A DNA stretch of 64,000 nt, from contig DAOTTC010000006.1 of the NCBI GenBank assembly GCA_034437815.1, positions 1,616 to 65,615 of the forward strand, in the 5' to 3' direction. Position numbers and translations under genes: made by a program. The notes below the pieces were generated by a model. The model was not told the DNA's origin. It worked only from the letters and a program-made list of their open reading frames with translations, and searched no databases. Shown here piece after piece: positions 38,800-48,700 of the stretch. Every line of letters starts with the position of its first letter. Position 1 is the stretch's first letter. This DNA is from Chloroflexia bacterium (GTDB lineage Bacteria > Chloroflexota > Chloroflexia > QHBQ01 > JADMIH01).

Positions 38800-39012
38800 T
38801 AGAGGGAAGGGATTTGGAGAGGGCTGCGTCCTCCTCGGCCCTTCTCTTTCCTCAACATGTTGCATGAATCTGCAGTAAGGCTATAAATTGTGGGGGGAAG
38901 ACAAGTGTCCCCCACTTGTAACCCCGCACCCCCACGCCCAGAGGGTACCAGTCGGCAGGGGCGCTCCCCTGCACCCCGGTATTTATTGCCTGTGCTCGGA
39001 TAATTGGTATTA
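38800..39012 (+). repeat. Dispersed intergenic repeat, copy 6 (modules Z+A+C, full 3' end)
   Basis: ggagagggctgcgtcctcc...ttgcatgaat...aaggctataaattgtgggggg...ccccgcaccc...caggggcgctcccctgcaccccggtatttattgcctgtgctcggataattggtatta. Confidence 0.8.
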
Positions 39013-40044
39013 GAGATGTCGCTTCACAGCATATACTGTGAGGATTGCGCCTCTGCCAGCGAGGGCCATCGCGGGCACATACAACAGGCTGAGCAGGCCC
39101 AGCGGCACCGCTGTAGCCAGCGCCAGCAAAGCCTGACCACGACCAACCTCGCGGCTGCCCCTGCCGCTGCCGTCGAGCAGTTTAGCCGAGCGCGTCCTCA
39201 GCAGGTCGTACAGAAGGTTATGGGGCAACCCCAACTTGTTCTGCACCGTCTGCACGAAGCCAAAGAAGCTGTATTCGGGGGCAAACCACTCACGGCGCAG
39301 CACTTGGAGGCCCACCCCGCGCAAAGCCCCCTCCAGAGTGCGAGGCGTGAAATGGGTGAGATGCCTTGGCACGTCCAAATGGAACCAGTGCCTCCGGCCC
39401 CAACGCGCTTCCCAACTCCCAAAATTGGGCACGGACAGCACTAACATGCCACCCGGTTTGAGCAGGCGGCTCACTTCACTCAGAGCGGCGAGCGGGCAGT
39501 GCATATGCTCCAGCACATGCCACAGGATGATGAGGTCAAACTCGCCACTGCGGAACCCGATTTCTTCCAACCTTGCGGTGAACACCGGTAGTTTAAGGTA
39601 GTGGCGGGCGTAGGCCGCTGCATCTTCGCTGAGTTCGGTGCCAACCGCTTCCCAGCCGCGCTGTCGAAGCTTGTTGAGCAACAGGCCCCGCCCGCAACCT
39701 ATATCGAGCACTTTACCCGGCGCAACCCCGCGCACAATCCTCGCTGCGCGATACGAGTACAGCCTGTCCAGCGCCCACTCTACCGGAGAGGCAAAGCGCC
39801 TGCCCACGCCATAATACCTCCGGGGGTAGTACCGCACAATCTCTTCCGGCGAAGGGGCGGGCTCGGTCACGTATAGCCTGCATACCGAACAGCGGGCAAC
39901 AACGAACCCATCGCCTGTTATGTAGTCGCGAGCCGAAAAGACCGGCTCGGTCTGGTGGTCGGCATCATGGCACCGCGAGCCAAGGGTAGCTTGCCTGTCG
40001 TTCATGTGAGCATCGGTCCTGAAGTATTTTGGTGTGGTGAGCAT
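39010..40044 (-). CDS. Class I SAM-dependent methyltransferase with N-terminal Cys-rich segment (start uncertain)
   Basis: VLDIGCGRGLLL motif I, DLIILWHVLEH, and N-terminal CSVCRLYVTEP. Confidence 0.72.
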   Translation of the reverse strand: MLTTPKYFRTDAHMNDRQATLGSRCHDADHQTEPVFSARDYITGDGFVVARCSVCRLYVTEPAPSPEEIVRYYPRRYYGVGRRFASPVEWALDRLYSYRAARIVRGVAPGKVLDIGCGRGLLLNKLRQRGWEAVGTELSEDAAAYARHYLKLPVFTARLEEIGFRSGEFDLIILWHVLEHMHCPLAALSEVSRLLKPGGMLVLSVPNFGSWEARWGRRHWFHLDVPRHLTHFTPRTLEGALRGVGLQVLRREWFAPEYSFFGFVQTVQNKLGLPHNLLYDLLRTRSAKLLDGSGRGSREVGRGQALLALATAVPLGLLSLLYVPAMALAGRGAILTVYAVKRHL

Positions 40045-40084
40045 AACTCAGTTGCATGCCTGCCCCGGCAGAATCGAGAGCCTA

Positions 40085-41950
40085 TCACAGTTCCGCCGAG
40101 CGGTCGGCTATCTTCCTCTGGACCATGGCAAGGAACTCGACGAAAGGCAGGTCGTTCTGCTGGCTGCCATCGCGCCTGCGGACAGACACCGTCTCGCCTT
40201 CCATCTCCTTGTCGCCCACCACCAGCATGTAGGGCACCTTCATCAATTGGGCGCGGCGTATCTTGGCGTTCATGCGGTCGTTGTCCACGTCGGCCTCGGC
40301 TCGGATGCCCAGCCCACGCATATTCTTTTGCAGACGCAGGGCATAATCGTTGTGGTGTTCCGAGATAGGTATGACCCTCACCTGCTCAGGCGACAGCCAC
40401 ACCGGGAAGTTGCCCGCGTAGTGCTCCAACAGGAAGCCGATGAAGCGCTCGTGCGTGCCCAGCGGCGCGCGATGGATCACCAGAGGCATCTCTTCCTTAC
40501 CATCGCGGTTCATGAAGGTCAGGTTGAAGCGGGCCGGCTGGGCGAAGTCCACCTGATTGGTAGCCAGCGTGAACTCGCGCCCGATGGCGCTCCATATCTG
40601 CACGTCAATTTTGGGTCCATAGAAGGCCGCCTCGTCCGGCACCTCCACGAACGGCACGTTGCCATCGCGCATCGCCTTGCGCACCATGTCTTCGGTCTTG
40701 AGCCACAGGTCGCGATTGTCCACGTATTTCTTGCCCAGCCCTTTCGGGTCGTGCAGGCTGAGGCGCATCAGGTAGCGCTCGATGCCAAACAGCCGGAAGT
40801 AGTCCAGATACATGGCTATCACGCCCATGAACTCGGTCTCGAACTGCTCTTCTGAGCAGTAGATGTGAGCGTCGTTCATGTGCAGGCAGCGCGAGCGCAT
40901 GATGCCGAACAGCTCGCCGCTCTTTTCATAGCGATAGCAGGTGCCGTACTCGGCCAGCCGGATGGGCAGGTCTCGGTAACTACGCGGTTTGGACGCGTAT
41001 ATCTTGTGGTGGAAAGGGCAGTTCATCGGCTTGATGTAATAGCGCGCGCCCTCCAGCTCCATGGGTGGGTACATGCTTTCGGCGTAGTAGGGCAGATGGC
41101 CGCTTCGGATGAACAGGTCCTCCTTGGTGATGTGAGGCGTGAGCACACGCAGATAACCAGCCTGAAACTCCCTCTCCTTTGCCAACTTCTCCAGTTCCTC
41201 GGCTATGACTGCCCCGGCGGGCAGCCACAGGGGCAGGCCCGGACCCACTTCTTCGTCAAAAGTGAAGATCTCGAGGTCCTTGCCCAGCTTGCGGTGATCG
41301 CGCTTGCGGGCCTCTTCCAGCATGTGCAGGTAAGCTTCGAGGTCCCTGCGGCTCTTCCACGCCGTGCCGTAGATGCGCTGGAGCATGGGGTTGTGCTCGT
41401 CCCCGCGCCAGTACGCACCGGCCACATTGAGTAGTTTGAAGGCATCGGGCGGTATCTGGCCGGTGTGCTCCACGTGCGGCCCCCGGCACAGGTCTTCGAA
41501 GCCGTCGTGACGGTAGGTGCTGATTTTGGCCGGGCCACGCACCTCGTTGCCGTACTCATCAACCTCGCCTCTGGCAAGGCCTTCTATCAGTTCGAGCTTA
41601 TAGGGCTGGTCCTTGAACAGCTCACGCGCCTCTTCGGGGCTGACCTCTCGGTAAACGAACGGGTACTTGCCCGCGATGATCTGGCGCATGCGTCTTTCGA
41701 TTTTCTCAAGGTCTTCGGGCGTGAAGGTGCGAGGCCTGCCGCTTTCGTCCCTGCCCAGATCGAAGTCATAGTAAAAACCATGCTCAATGGGCGGACCGAT
41801 GCCCAGTTTGGCGTCGGGGTACAGCTCAAGCACGGCCTGAGCCATCACATGCGCCGCGCTGTGCCTGAGCCGGTACAGTTCGTCTTTCTCTTTCTGCTCG
41901 GCTTGCCCAACGTCCTGCTCTTGCTCTTGTTCTTGTAGAGTATGGCTCAT
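40085..41950 (-). CDS. thrS: Threonine--tRNA ligase
   Basis: RHSAAHVMAQA editing/second-additional domain, class II motifs, and HRAPLGTHERFIGFLLEHYAGNFPVWLSP. RBS GGAGGTGAG. Confidence 0.94.
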   Translation of the reverse strand: MSHTLQEQEQEQDVGQAEQKEKDELYRLRHSAAHVMAQAVLELYPDAKLGIGPPIEHGFYYDFDLGRDESGRPRTFTPEDLEKIERRMRQIIAGKYPFVYREVSPEEARELFKDQPYKLELIEGLARGEVDEYGNEVRGPAKISTYRHDGFEDLCRGPHVEHTGQIPPDAFKLLNVAGAYWRGDEHNPMLQRIYGTAWKSRRDLEAYLHMLEEARKRDHRKLGKDLEIFTFDEEVGPGLPLWLPAGAVIAEELEKLAKEREFQAGYLRVLTPHITKEDLFIRSGHLPYYAESMYPPMELEGARYYIKPMNCPFHHKIYASKPRSYRDLPIRLAEYGTCYRYEKSGELFGIMRSRCLHMNDAHIYCSEEQFETEFMGVIAMYLDYFRLFGIERYLMRLSLHDPKGLGKKYVDNRDLWLKTEDMVRKAMRDGNVPFVEVPDEAAFYGPKIDVQIWSAIGREFTLATNQVDFAQPARFNLTFMNRDGKEEMPLVIHRAPLGTHERFIGFLLEHYAGNFPVWLSPEQVRVIPISEHHNDYALRLQKNMRGLGIRAEADVDNDRMNAKIRRAQLMKVPYMLVVGDKEMEGETVSVRRRDGSQQNDLPFVEFLAMVQRKIADRSAEL

Positions 41951-41961
41951 TTCTCACCTCC

Positions 41962-42256
41962 AAACAAAAAGCCCCTCGCCCGATATCGGGACGAGAGGCA
42001 TCGAATACACCCTCACGTGGTTCCACCCGAGTTCGGTGCCCCATGCCGATTCGTACATGGGGAGCACCCTCGTTGGGGCCGGTAACGGGGCCAACCGATA
42101 CCGCATACTCACCCTGCACGGGCTTTCTGCGATATGGCTCACAGGTGGTTTTCGCCGGTTGCGATGCGATAGCGGCTCTCAGCCTTGGGCCTCTACTCTC
42201 TGTCGCCCGCCAGACCGGCTACTCGTCCTGATCAACGCCTGTTGAATCTTAGGTTG
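41962..42256 (-). promoter_or_regulatory. T-box leader (Thr) of thrS with terminator
   Basis: Stem I AGAGAGUA elements and a candidate specifier GAAA-ACC-A. T-box sequence CGGGUGGAACCACGUGAG. Terminator cctctcgtcccg-atat-cgggcgagggg plus T-tract (41962-41999). Confidence 0.75.
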
Positions 42257-42262
42257 AGTAAG

Positions 42263-42291
42263 ATTATAGCACCCCATGTGCTGTGCGTCAA
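42263..42291 (-). promoter_or_regulatory. Consensus promoter of the thrS leader
   Basis: Minus strand: TTGACG (42286-42291), 17 nt, TATAAT (42263-42268). Confidence 0.6.
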
Positions 42292-42349
42292 GTAGCTGTA
42301 CCTGACATCCAATCATAACTGATGCACGTTCATGCATGATGTTTAGAAA

Positions 42350-42463
42350 AGGGGAGGGCTATGTCCTCCCCAAACCCCCTATTGGATGAATATGCATCGG
42401 GGACCAAACCCACCACTATGGGGGAAGCAAGGAGCGGGGATATGTGTACCCCGCACCCACAGA
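42350..42463 (+). repeat. Dispersed intergenic repeat, copy 7 (module Z plus start of module C)
   Basis: ggggagggctatgtcctccccaaaccccc...ggatgaatatgcat...taccccgcacccacag. It is truncated just before the yitJ-like promoter. Confidence 0.65.
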
Positions 42464-42482
42464 AGTTGTCAGCTCGCACGAC

Positions 42483-42511
42483 TTGACATATTTTCGGGTG
42501 TAATGTAGACT
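42483..42511 (+). promoter_or_regulatory. Promoter of the second SAM-riboswitch leader
   Basis: TTGACA (42483-42488), 17 nt, TAGACT (42506-42511). This is the same architecture as 36284-36312. Confidence 0.5.
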
Positions 42512-42517
42512 CTTCCA

Positions 42518-42706
42518 GTAATCGAATAGAAATCGAGAGCGGTAGCGAGAGAACTGGCTCGTTGACCTACCCGGCAACCGGCAAAGGCGCGGTGCCCCAC
42601 CCAGCCCCGCATTGAGCACGGGGGAAGGATTCGGCCACCCACTCCAACATCAGGCATCGAGTCGGGCGGCAAACCGGGTGCCTCTCCGTGTAGAGGCACT
42701 TTTGTT
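42518..42706 (+). promoter_or_regulatory. SAM-I (S-box) riboswitch with intrinsic terminator, leader of the Hcy-methyltransferase/MTHFR gene
   Basis: The aptamer core is 80/81 identical to the metH leader. Terminator gtgcctct-ccgtgt-agaggcac plus TTTTGTT (42678-42706). Confidence 0.8.
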
Positions 42707-42749
42707 ATCCGCGACCTTTCCCCACTTCAAGTATGTGGAGGATAAAGAT

Positions 42750-44747
42750 ATGGATAGTGCCAGCACGAGCACGAGCACCAATACCGATACCGGCACCACC
42801 GCTTCGCGTGAACAGCACCCCTTCCTCATCAGGTTGCAACAGCCCGGACCGATAATATGCGACGGGGCGATGGGTACGATGCTGTACTCGATGGGCGTGC
42901 CCGCTAACAGTTGCTTCGACGAGTGCAACCTGTCCCAACCCGAACTGGTACGCAAGATCCACGAGGCCTACATCCATGCAGGTGCCGAGATCATAGAGAC
43001 CAACACCTATGGGGCCAACCGTTTCAAACTGGCCGCCTACGAATTGGCCGACAAGGTGCACAAGATAAACATTCGGGGCGCAAGGCTGGCACGCGAGATG
43101 CGCGAGGTGAGCGGCCAGCCCGTATTCGTGGCCGGAGCCGTGGGGCCTTTAGGCAAGCCAATACAGCCGGTGGGCCTGATCCCGGTGCTCGAAGCGCGGG
43201 CTATATTCAGAGAGCAGATCGAGGCCCTGCTTGAGGGTGGGGTGGACCTAATCATCCTTGAGACGTTTCGAGACCTTGAAGAGATGCGTCAAGCCCTGAT
43301 CGCCACCAGAGAGGCCTGCGACCTGCCGGTGATTGCCCAAATGACCTTCGCAGAGGACGGGCGCACCCAGATGGGCAACACCCCGGAAGAGATAGTGCGT
43401 GTGCTGGAAGAGCTGGGGGCCGACGTGATAGGCGCCAACTGCTCGACAGGCCCCCAGCGCATGGCTCAGGTGGTGGAGCAGATGTCCCACTTTGCCCATC
43501 GGCCCCTGTCTGCCCTGCCCAACGCAGGCTGGCCAGAGATGGTGGGCGGGCGCATCGTATACGTGTCCACCCCCGACTACATAGCCCAGTTCGGCAAGAG
43601 GATGGCCGAGGCCGGAGTGAAAATACTAGGGGGGTGTTGCGGCACCACCCCGGCACACATCAAGGCGCTCGCCGACTGCCTGCGCGAGCTTCGGCCCACC
43701 GGCACCGCACCATCGGACAACGGCACGCAAACCCCAACACAAACCTTGATCAGAGAGACCATTCGGGTGGAGCACCACGAGGCGCCCATGTTGCGCGAGG
43801 CCGCGCCGCTGGAAGTAAGCGAAGAACGCGAGTCGGTGCACACCTTACCCGGATCGTTCGGCTGGAAGCTGGGCAAAGAATTCGTGGTGAGCGTAGAGCT
43901 GGCTCCCCCACGGGGCATCAACCCGGCCAAGGTGCTGGCCGGAGCGCACATGCTCAAGGCCAGAGGGGTGGACGCCGTCAACGTCACTGACAGTGCGCTG
44001 GGGCGGGCGGCCATGAGCGCGCTGGCCGTGTCCTACCTGATCCGGCTGGAGGTGGGTCTGCCTGTCATCCCCCACTTCACCACCCGCGACCGCACGTTGA
44101 TGGGCATTCAGGCCGAACTGCTGGGCGCGCATGCCATGGGCATACGCCACATCCTCGCATTGACGGGTGATGCCCCCAACCCTGTGGACCGCATGGGGTC
44201 GTCGGCGGTGTTCGATATAGACTCCATAGGGCTGATCAAGCTTTTGACCAAGCTCAACAACGGCGAGGACCTCGCAGGCAACAGCATCGGCGGCACCACC
44301 GACTTTCTCATCGGGTGCGCGTTCAACCCCACGGCGCGTGATCTGCCCCTTGAGCTTGACAGGCTGGGCCAGAAGCTGGAAGCAGGCGCGCACTTTGTGA
44401 TGACCCAGCCGGTGTACGATCTGGAGCTTGTGGAGCGCACGCTGGAGGTCGCCAGACAGTTCAGGGTGCACATCCTGCTGGGCATACTTCCCTTGCAGAG
44501 CCATAAGCACGCCGAATTCTTGCACAACGAGGTGCCGGGCATCGTCATCCCTGATTTCGTGATGGAGCGCATGAAAGAGGCCGGGCCTAATGGCCGGCAG
44601 GCCGGCGTGGAGATGGCTCAGGAAATACTCCGGTACGCCTACAATCGCTACGCCGGCGCGTATCTGATGCCTTCGTTTGGCCGGTACGAATTGTGCGCCA
44701 GCGTGCTGGATGTGCTGCCCCGTTTCGCGCCTACCATATCAGCCTGA
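42750..44747 (+). CDS. Bifunctional homocysteine S-methyltransferase / 5,10-methylenetetrahydrofolate reductase (YitJ-like)
   Basis: ATG 42750 after GGAGGA; the track ORF from 42612 would run through the terminator. N-terminal ICDGAMGTMLY...GGCCGTTPAHI, and a C-terminal MTHFR domain (VSVELAPPRG...). Confidence 0.85.
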   Translation: MDSASTSTSTNTDTGTTASREQHPFLIRLQQPGPIICDGAMGTMLYSMGVPANSCFDECNLSQPELVRKIHEAYIHAGAEIIETNTYGANRFKLAAYELADKVHKINIRGARLAREMREVSGQPVFVAGAVGPLGKPIQPVGLIPVLEARAIFREQIEALLEGGVDLIILETFRDLEEMRQALIATREACDLPVIAQMTFAEDGRTQMGNTPEEIVRVLEELGADVIGANCSTGPQRMAQVVEQMSHFAHRPLSALPNAGWPEMVGGRIVYVSTPDYIAQFGKRMAEAGVKILGGCCGTTPAHIKALADCLRELRPTGTAPSDNGTQTPTQTLIRETIRVEHHEAPMLREAAPLEVSEERESVHTLPGSFGWKLGKEFVVSVELAPPRGINPAKVLAGAHMLKARGVDAVNVTDSALGRAAMSALAVSYLIRLEVGLPVIPHFTTRDRTLMGIQAELLGAHAMGIRHILALTGDAPNPVDRMGSSAVFDIDSIGLIKLLTKLNNGEDLAGNSIGGTTDFLIGCAFNPTARDLPLELDRLGQKLEAGAHFVMTQPVYDLELVERTLEVARQFRVHILLGILPLQSHKHAEFLHNEVPGIVIPDFVMERMKEAGPNGRQAGVEMAQEILRYAYNRYAGAYLMPSFGRYELCASVLDVLPRFAPTISA

Positions 44748-45257
44748 CCTCTCCAGTTGTTGAGCCTGCCGCAAGGCCACTTGGATGAGCCGCCTCTGCC
44801 TGCCCGGCAGGCCCACGGGGAGCTGATCCGGCGGGAAAAACCTTGCTTCGGCTATTTCGGCGTTGGGAGCGAACGTGGAGAGGTCCTGCCCTTGTGCCGG
44901 GCGGCACGCGAATATCATGTCTACCAGCCTGATATCAAAGTGGGCGCTCGCAGACAGCAGGCCCTGTATCTCGACATCCAGCCCTGCCTCCTCCTTGACT
45001 TCCCGTCGCAGACAGTCTTCCAGACTCTCCCCGGGCTTGAGGCCGCCGCCGGGCAACCCCCATGGCTGCGTGCGCCGGTAAGTATGGCGTAGCAGAAGCA
45101 CACGACCCTGCTCGTCGCGCACCAGCGCCTGCACCCCTACCACAAACTTGGGGTTCAGCAGCCATATGAGCGCATAGCGCACACTGCGCTTGAAAGGGAT
45201 ACGGCCCCACAGCCACACGAGCAAGTCTCTCAACCCTGCACCCCGGCCTACAATCAC
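44739..45257 (-). CDS. NUDIX hydrolase
   Basis: Nudix box GLPGGGLKPGESLEDCLRREVKEEAGLDV. Confidence 0.82.
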   Translation of the reverse strand: MIVGRGAGLRDLLVWLWGRIPFKRSVRYALIWLLNPKFVVGVQALVRDEQGRVLLLRHTYRRTQPWGLPGGGLKPGESLEDCLRREVKEEAGLDVEIQGLLSASAHFDIRLVDMIFACRPAQGQDLSTFAPNAEIAEARFFPPDQLPVGLPGRQRRLIQVALRQAQQLERSG

Positions 45258-45269
45258 GTACCAATAACA

Positions 45270-46223
45270 TCAAGGCGCCGAACTGTCGAGCACCGCCTCG
45301 CCGGTGAAGGCATCGAAGAAGATGAACGTCTGGCTCCCGCTCCCGGAGCCGGGGATGAACAGTTCGTATGCCAGTCTGAGCGGGCCGCCCCCGGAGGGGG
45401 GCGCAGGCAGCGGGCCAAGGCCCAGACCATCCGGCGCCAATAAGGCTATGCCTGTGTTCTCGGCATTCCCTCTGGCGCCCGCCCTCACCGCGATGTCGTC
45501 GGAGTCCACCAGCCCGGACAGGTTGAGCTTCGCCAGATCAAGCGCCTGCATGTCGGGTGTGGAGAAACCTTGCAGCACCTCCTCGGTTACCGCACCCTCT
45601 TTCACCATGTCTACGTGCGTGCCGTCCATGCTAATGGCCATTGCCCCATTGATAGATGGGGAGAAGGCCAACAACGTCCAGTTGCGCCCTTTACCTCCGG
45701 GCGTGGGTTCGTTCACATCAGGGTCGCCAAGCCCCACCGCGAGCAGATTCTTTTGCTGGCCGGGGCGCACATTGGCAAGCATGCCCAGTCGGGCATCGGC
45801 CTGCCAGCGAAGCGCCTGAGGCTTGAGCCGCGCCAGCGCCTGAAGTGCGGTTATCTCTTCCCCTCGGCTGGTGGCCGTCACCGGCGTGGGGCTTGGGGCG
45901 CTGTCGTCGGGGGTGGGTGGAGGGGTAGCCGGGGCGACGTCAACCGGCGTGCCGGCGGGCGCGGGTGTGGGCGCCGTGGTGGGCCGGTCAGGTGGGGGCG
46001 CGCTTGTGCTGATTGCAACGGGGGTAGCAGTAGATGCCACTGCCACATCCGTTGCCGTGGCAGGCCCACCCACCCCGGGGGTGGAGGTAGGTTGTAGGGG
46101 CGGTGCGCCCACCGAGTCGCATGCGACGAGCACTAACGTGGTTGCCGCTGTAGCTGTGATGACGACCATCAGCAGTCTCAGGAGCGCAATGGCCGGCTTC
46201 GCAGGGCTGTGACGATGTGTCAA
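45270..46223 (-). CDS. Putative lipoprotein with Pro/Thr/Ala-rich linker
   Basis: Signal peptide plus lipobox LVLVAC, followed by a low-complexity PT-rich region and a ~170-aa globular C-terminus. Confidence 0.55.
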   Translation of the reverse strand: MTHRHSPAKPAIALLRLLMVVITATAATTLVLVACDSVGAPPLQPTSTPGVGGPATATDVAVASTATPVAISTSAPPPDRPTTAPTPAPAGTPVDVAPATPPPTPDDSAPSPTPVTATSRGEEITALQALARLKPQALRWQADARLGMLANVRPGQQKNLLAVGLGDPDVNEPTPGGKGRNWTLLAFSPSINGAMAISMDGTHVDMVKEGAVTEEVLQGFSTPDMQALDLAKLNLSGLVDSDDIAVRAGARGNAENTGIALLAPDGLGLGPLPAPPSGGGPLRLAYELFIPGSGSGSQTFIFFDAFTGEAVLDSSAP

Positions 46224-46283
46224 GACGTTTTCTCCTCTTGTGCTCTTCTCAATTTCGCGACCTGCCGATCGGCCCGGTTTCGG

Positions 46284-47033
46284 CTACGCGACATCTTTCA
46301 CCACCAGTGCGCCGTTCAATGCCATATGGTAAAGAAATATAGCGTGCATAAGGTCGCCATCGTGCGGCATGGCCCCGATTGACCGCGCCACCTCCACCGG
46401 TAGGTCGTAAGTCTGCACACAGTTGGCGGGCACGATGACGTTGGAGCGCTTGCCCTGAGCATTGGCGCTGAGCTTCAGGTGCATGACGAGCTGGTACAGG
46501 CACAGGTCGGTGCAGTCGCCCACGCACAAGAAGGTGTTGAGATTGGGCCGCTCGGCGAGCCACCTGTCCATATCTGTGTGCAGGGCAGGGTGCAGAGAGT
46601 TCTTATGGATTATTTTGAACCGGTCGGAAAACGGAAGAGAGGCCAGTGCCTCTACCGTCTGGGCTTCTTCGGTCTCGCGGATGCAGTGGGGGCCGAACTG
46701 CTCGAATTCAGGCGCATCCGGGCTGTGATATTCCTGCACGAGAGCAAATTCGCGCACACCCAGTTCGTAAGCGCGTCTGAACAGTTCGGCGCTCGGCTCG
46801 ACTATGCTTGCTATGCGTGGCGAGGCCAACCTGCCCTTGTAGCAGAAACCGACCACCAGATCGGCGCTGATCACGGCCATATTTTCAGGCGTGATGTTTT
46901 TGTCGCGCATGAAACTCTGCAAATCAAGGGTCTGTAAGCCCGACAGCCAGCCATCCAACCAGTCAAGGAAGGGCTTGCTCTTAGTAGCGAGGTCTGCGCT
47001 CACAGCAACGGCTTGAGGGCTACCTGCGGTCAT
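46284..47033 (-). CDS. Isochorismatase-family (cysteine hydrolase)-like protein
   Basis: The D...K...C pattern is VISADLVVGF, IIHKNSLHP and LCVGDCTDLCLYQ. Confidence 0.5.
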   Translation of the reverse strand: MTAGSPQAVAVSADLATKSKPFLDWLDGWLSGLQTLDLQSFMRDKNITPENMAVISADLVVGFCYKGRLASPRIASIVEPSAELFRRAYELGVREFALVQEYHSPDAPEFEQFGPHCIRETEEAQTVEALASLPFSDRFKIIHKNSLHPALHTDMDRWLAERPNLNTFLCVGDCTDLCLYQLVMHLKLSANAQGKRSNVIVPANCVQTYDLPVEVARSIGAMPHDGDLMHAIFLYHMALNGALVVKDVA

Positions 47034-47070
47034 GGTGACACCTCCTCTCCGCCAGATAAGGCCATAATCG

Positions 47071-47090
47071 GTCCTATATTGTCCTATATT
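47071..47090. repeat. Perfect 10-bp tandem direct repeat (gtcctatatt x2) in a divergent promoter region
   Basis: Read directly. It overlaps a minus-strand TATAAT (47088-47093). Confidence 0.6.
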
Positions 47091-47161
47091 ATAGTATAGC
47101 CCAAAACGTAAAAGGGTTGGTTACGCATTACGCCCCACGTATTTGATATAATGCTGATAGG

Positions 47162-48700
47162 ATGGATGCTGATCTGAAAGACCGGCAGGATACGCTTTCC
47201 CCGCTCCATATGCTTTTGCAGGCGGCCGGCGATGTCGCCTCGATACCCACAGGCACGCCACCCGTGTCCTCTCCCCGGCACGAAGGCCTCAGGGACGCCC
47301 CTGCCTATGACAACCTGCTGGCGTGCATAAGGTGTGGGGCCTGCCTGCCGGTTTGCCCCACCTACAACACCGACCTGCTGGAGGTACAGTCGCCCCGCGG
47401 CAGGGTGCAACTCATCCGGCAGGTAGAAGAGGGGTTGCTCGAACCGTCCGAGACCTTTCTTGAGCATATGTACCATTGTCTGGACTGCCGCGCCTGCCAG
47501 AGCGTGTGCCCCACGGGTGTGCGCATAGGCGAACAGGTACTGCGGGCGCGGGTGCAGATGGAACGGGGCAAAAGGCAACCACTGATCAAGAAACTGGGCC
47601 TGCGGTTCGCGCTGGGCGACCAGAGAAGGCTGGAACTGCTGATGTTGCCTATCGCAGTGTACCAGCGCTTGGGGTTGCAGTGGCTGGTGCGCAAAACCAG
47701 ACTGTTGCACCGAATTCTGCCCGCCCGTCTGAAGGTGCTGGCCTTCATGGAAGAGTTGCTGCCGGAACGCATACCCTTCCGGTCGCTGAGGCAACAGATC
47801 GCCACGGTCGTGCCCGCGCAGGGCCAGAAGCGCTACCGCGTGGGCTTCTTCCTCGGGTGCGTCATGAGCACCATGTTCGCCGAAACCTCATCCGCCACCG
47901 TGCGGGTGTTGAGTGAGAACGGATGCGAGGTGGTCACGCCCAAGACCCAGAAATGCTGCGGCGCGCCCCACGCCGAAGAAGGGGACTTCGAATCGGTCAG
48001 GGAGTTCGCCAAGCACAACATAGCCCTGTTCGAGCGGTACAATGTGCAATACATCATCTGCGACTGCGCGGCGTGCGGTGCACAAACTAAAGAGTACGCC
48101 GAACTGCTGCACGATGAGCCGGGGTGGGCCGAGCGGGCCGCACACTTCAGCGCCAAAGTGCGCGACATCATGCAATTTCTCGCCGAGATACCTTTGAAAG
48201 AACCGACCGTCGAAGTGGCCCGGCGCGTCACATACCATGAGGCATGCCACCTGTGCCACGCGCAGAAAGTGCGCCGTGAGCCGGTGCAGGTGCTCAGCAA
48301 AGTGCCGGGACTGCGAGTCGTGCCGCTCAACGAGAGCGACATGTGCTGTGGCAGTGCGGGGATTTACAACCTGACACACAACGAGCGCTCCATGAAGATA
48401 TTGGACCGCAAGATGGCGAACGTCGAGGCCACCGATGCAGACGTGGTGCTAGCGGGCAACCCCGGCTGTATGTTGCAGCTTGACTACGGGCGGCGCATGG
48501 TAGGCTCGGATAAGCCTGTGCTTCACCCGGTGCAGGTGCTCGACGCCGCCTACCGAGCCGCGCACCACACCGACTTCCACGGCGTCCATTCGGGTCGGCA
48601 CTTGAGGGGCCGGGGCGGGCGTGTGCTGGCCGTGGCAGCCGATGGCAAGACCAAAGTTGTGCTGTCACAGCACCAAGGTCAACGAGGGGCACTCCCCTGA
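47162..48700 (+). CDS. (Fe-S)-binding oxidoreductase subunit, GlcF/heterodisulfide-reductase-like, with unusual C-terminal extension
   Basis: CIRCGACLPVCPTY and CLDCRACQSVCPTGV 4Fe-4S motifs, and two CCG-type Cys-rich domains. The last ~5 codons run into a repeat copy. Confidence 0.75.
   Translation: MDADLKDRQDTLSPLHMLLQAAGDVASIPTGTPPVSSPRHEGLRDAPAYDNLLACIRCGACLPVCPTYNTDLLEVQSPRGRVQLIRQVEEGLLEPSETFLEHMYHCLDCRACQSVCPTGVRIGEQVLRARVQMERGKRQPLIKKLGLRFALGDQRRLELLMLPIAVYQRLGLQWLVRKTRLLHRILPARLKVLAFMEELLPERIPFRSLRQQIATVVPAQGQKRYRVGFFLGCVMSTMFAETSSATVRVLSENGCEVVTPKTQKCCGAPHAEEGDFESVREFAKHNIALFERYNVQYIICDCAACGAQTKEYAELLHDEPGWAERAAHFSAKVRDIMQFLAEIPLKEPTVEVARRVTYHEACHLCHAQKVRREPVQVLSKVPGLRVVPLNESDMCCGSAGIYNLTHNERSMKILDRKMANVEATDADVVLAGNPGCMLQLDYGRRMVGSDKPVLHPVQVLDAAYRAAHHTDFHGVHSGRHLRGRGGRVLAVAADGKTKVVLSQHQGQRGALP

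Noticed and set aside
38975-39010. Conserved repeat terminus (ggtatttattgcc.gtgctcggataattggtat) as a sigma70 promoter
   Set aside because: The candidate -10 (GATAAT/TAATTG) has no acceptable -35 at 16-18 nt spacing in any copy, and the flanking genes are in inconsistent orientation relative to it.
42612-42749. Upstream extension of the YitJ-like ORF given in the ORF track
   Set aside because: It would be translated through the riboswitch P4 region and the intrinsic terminator. ATG 42750 has a GGAGGA RBS.
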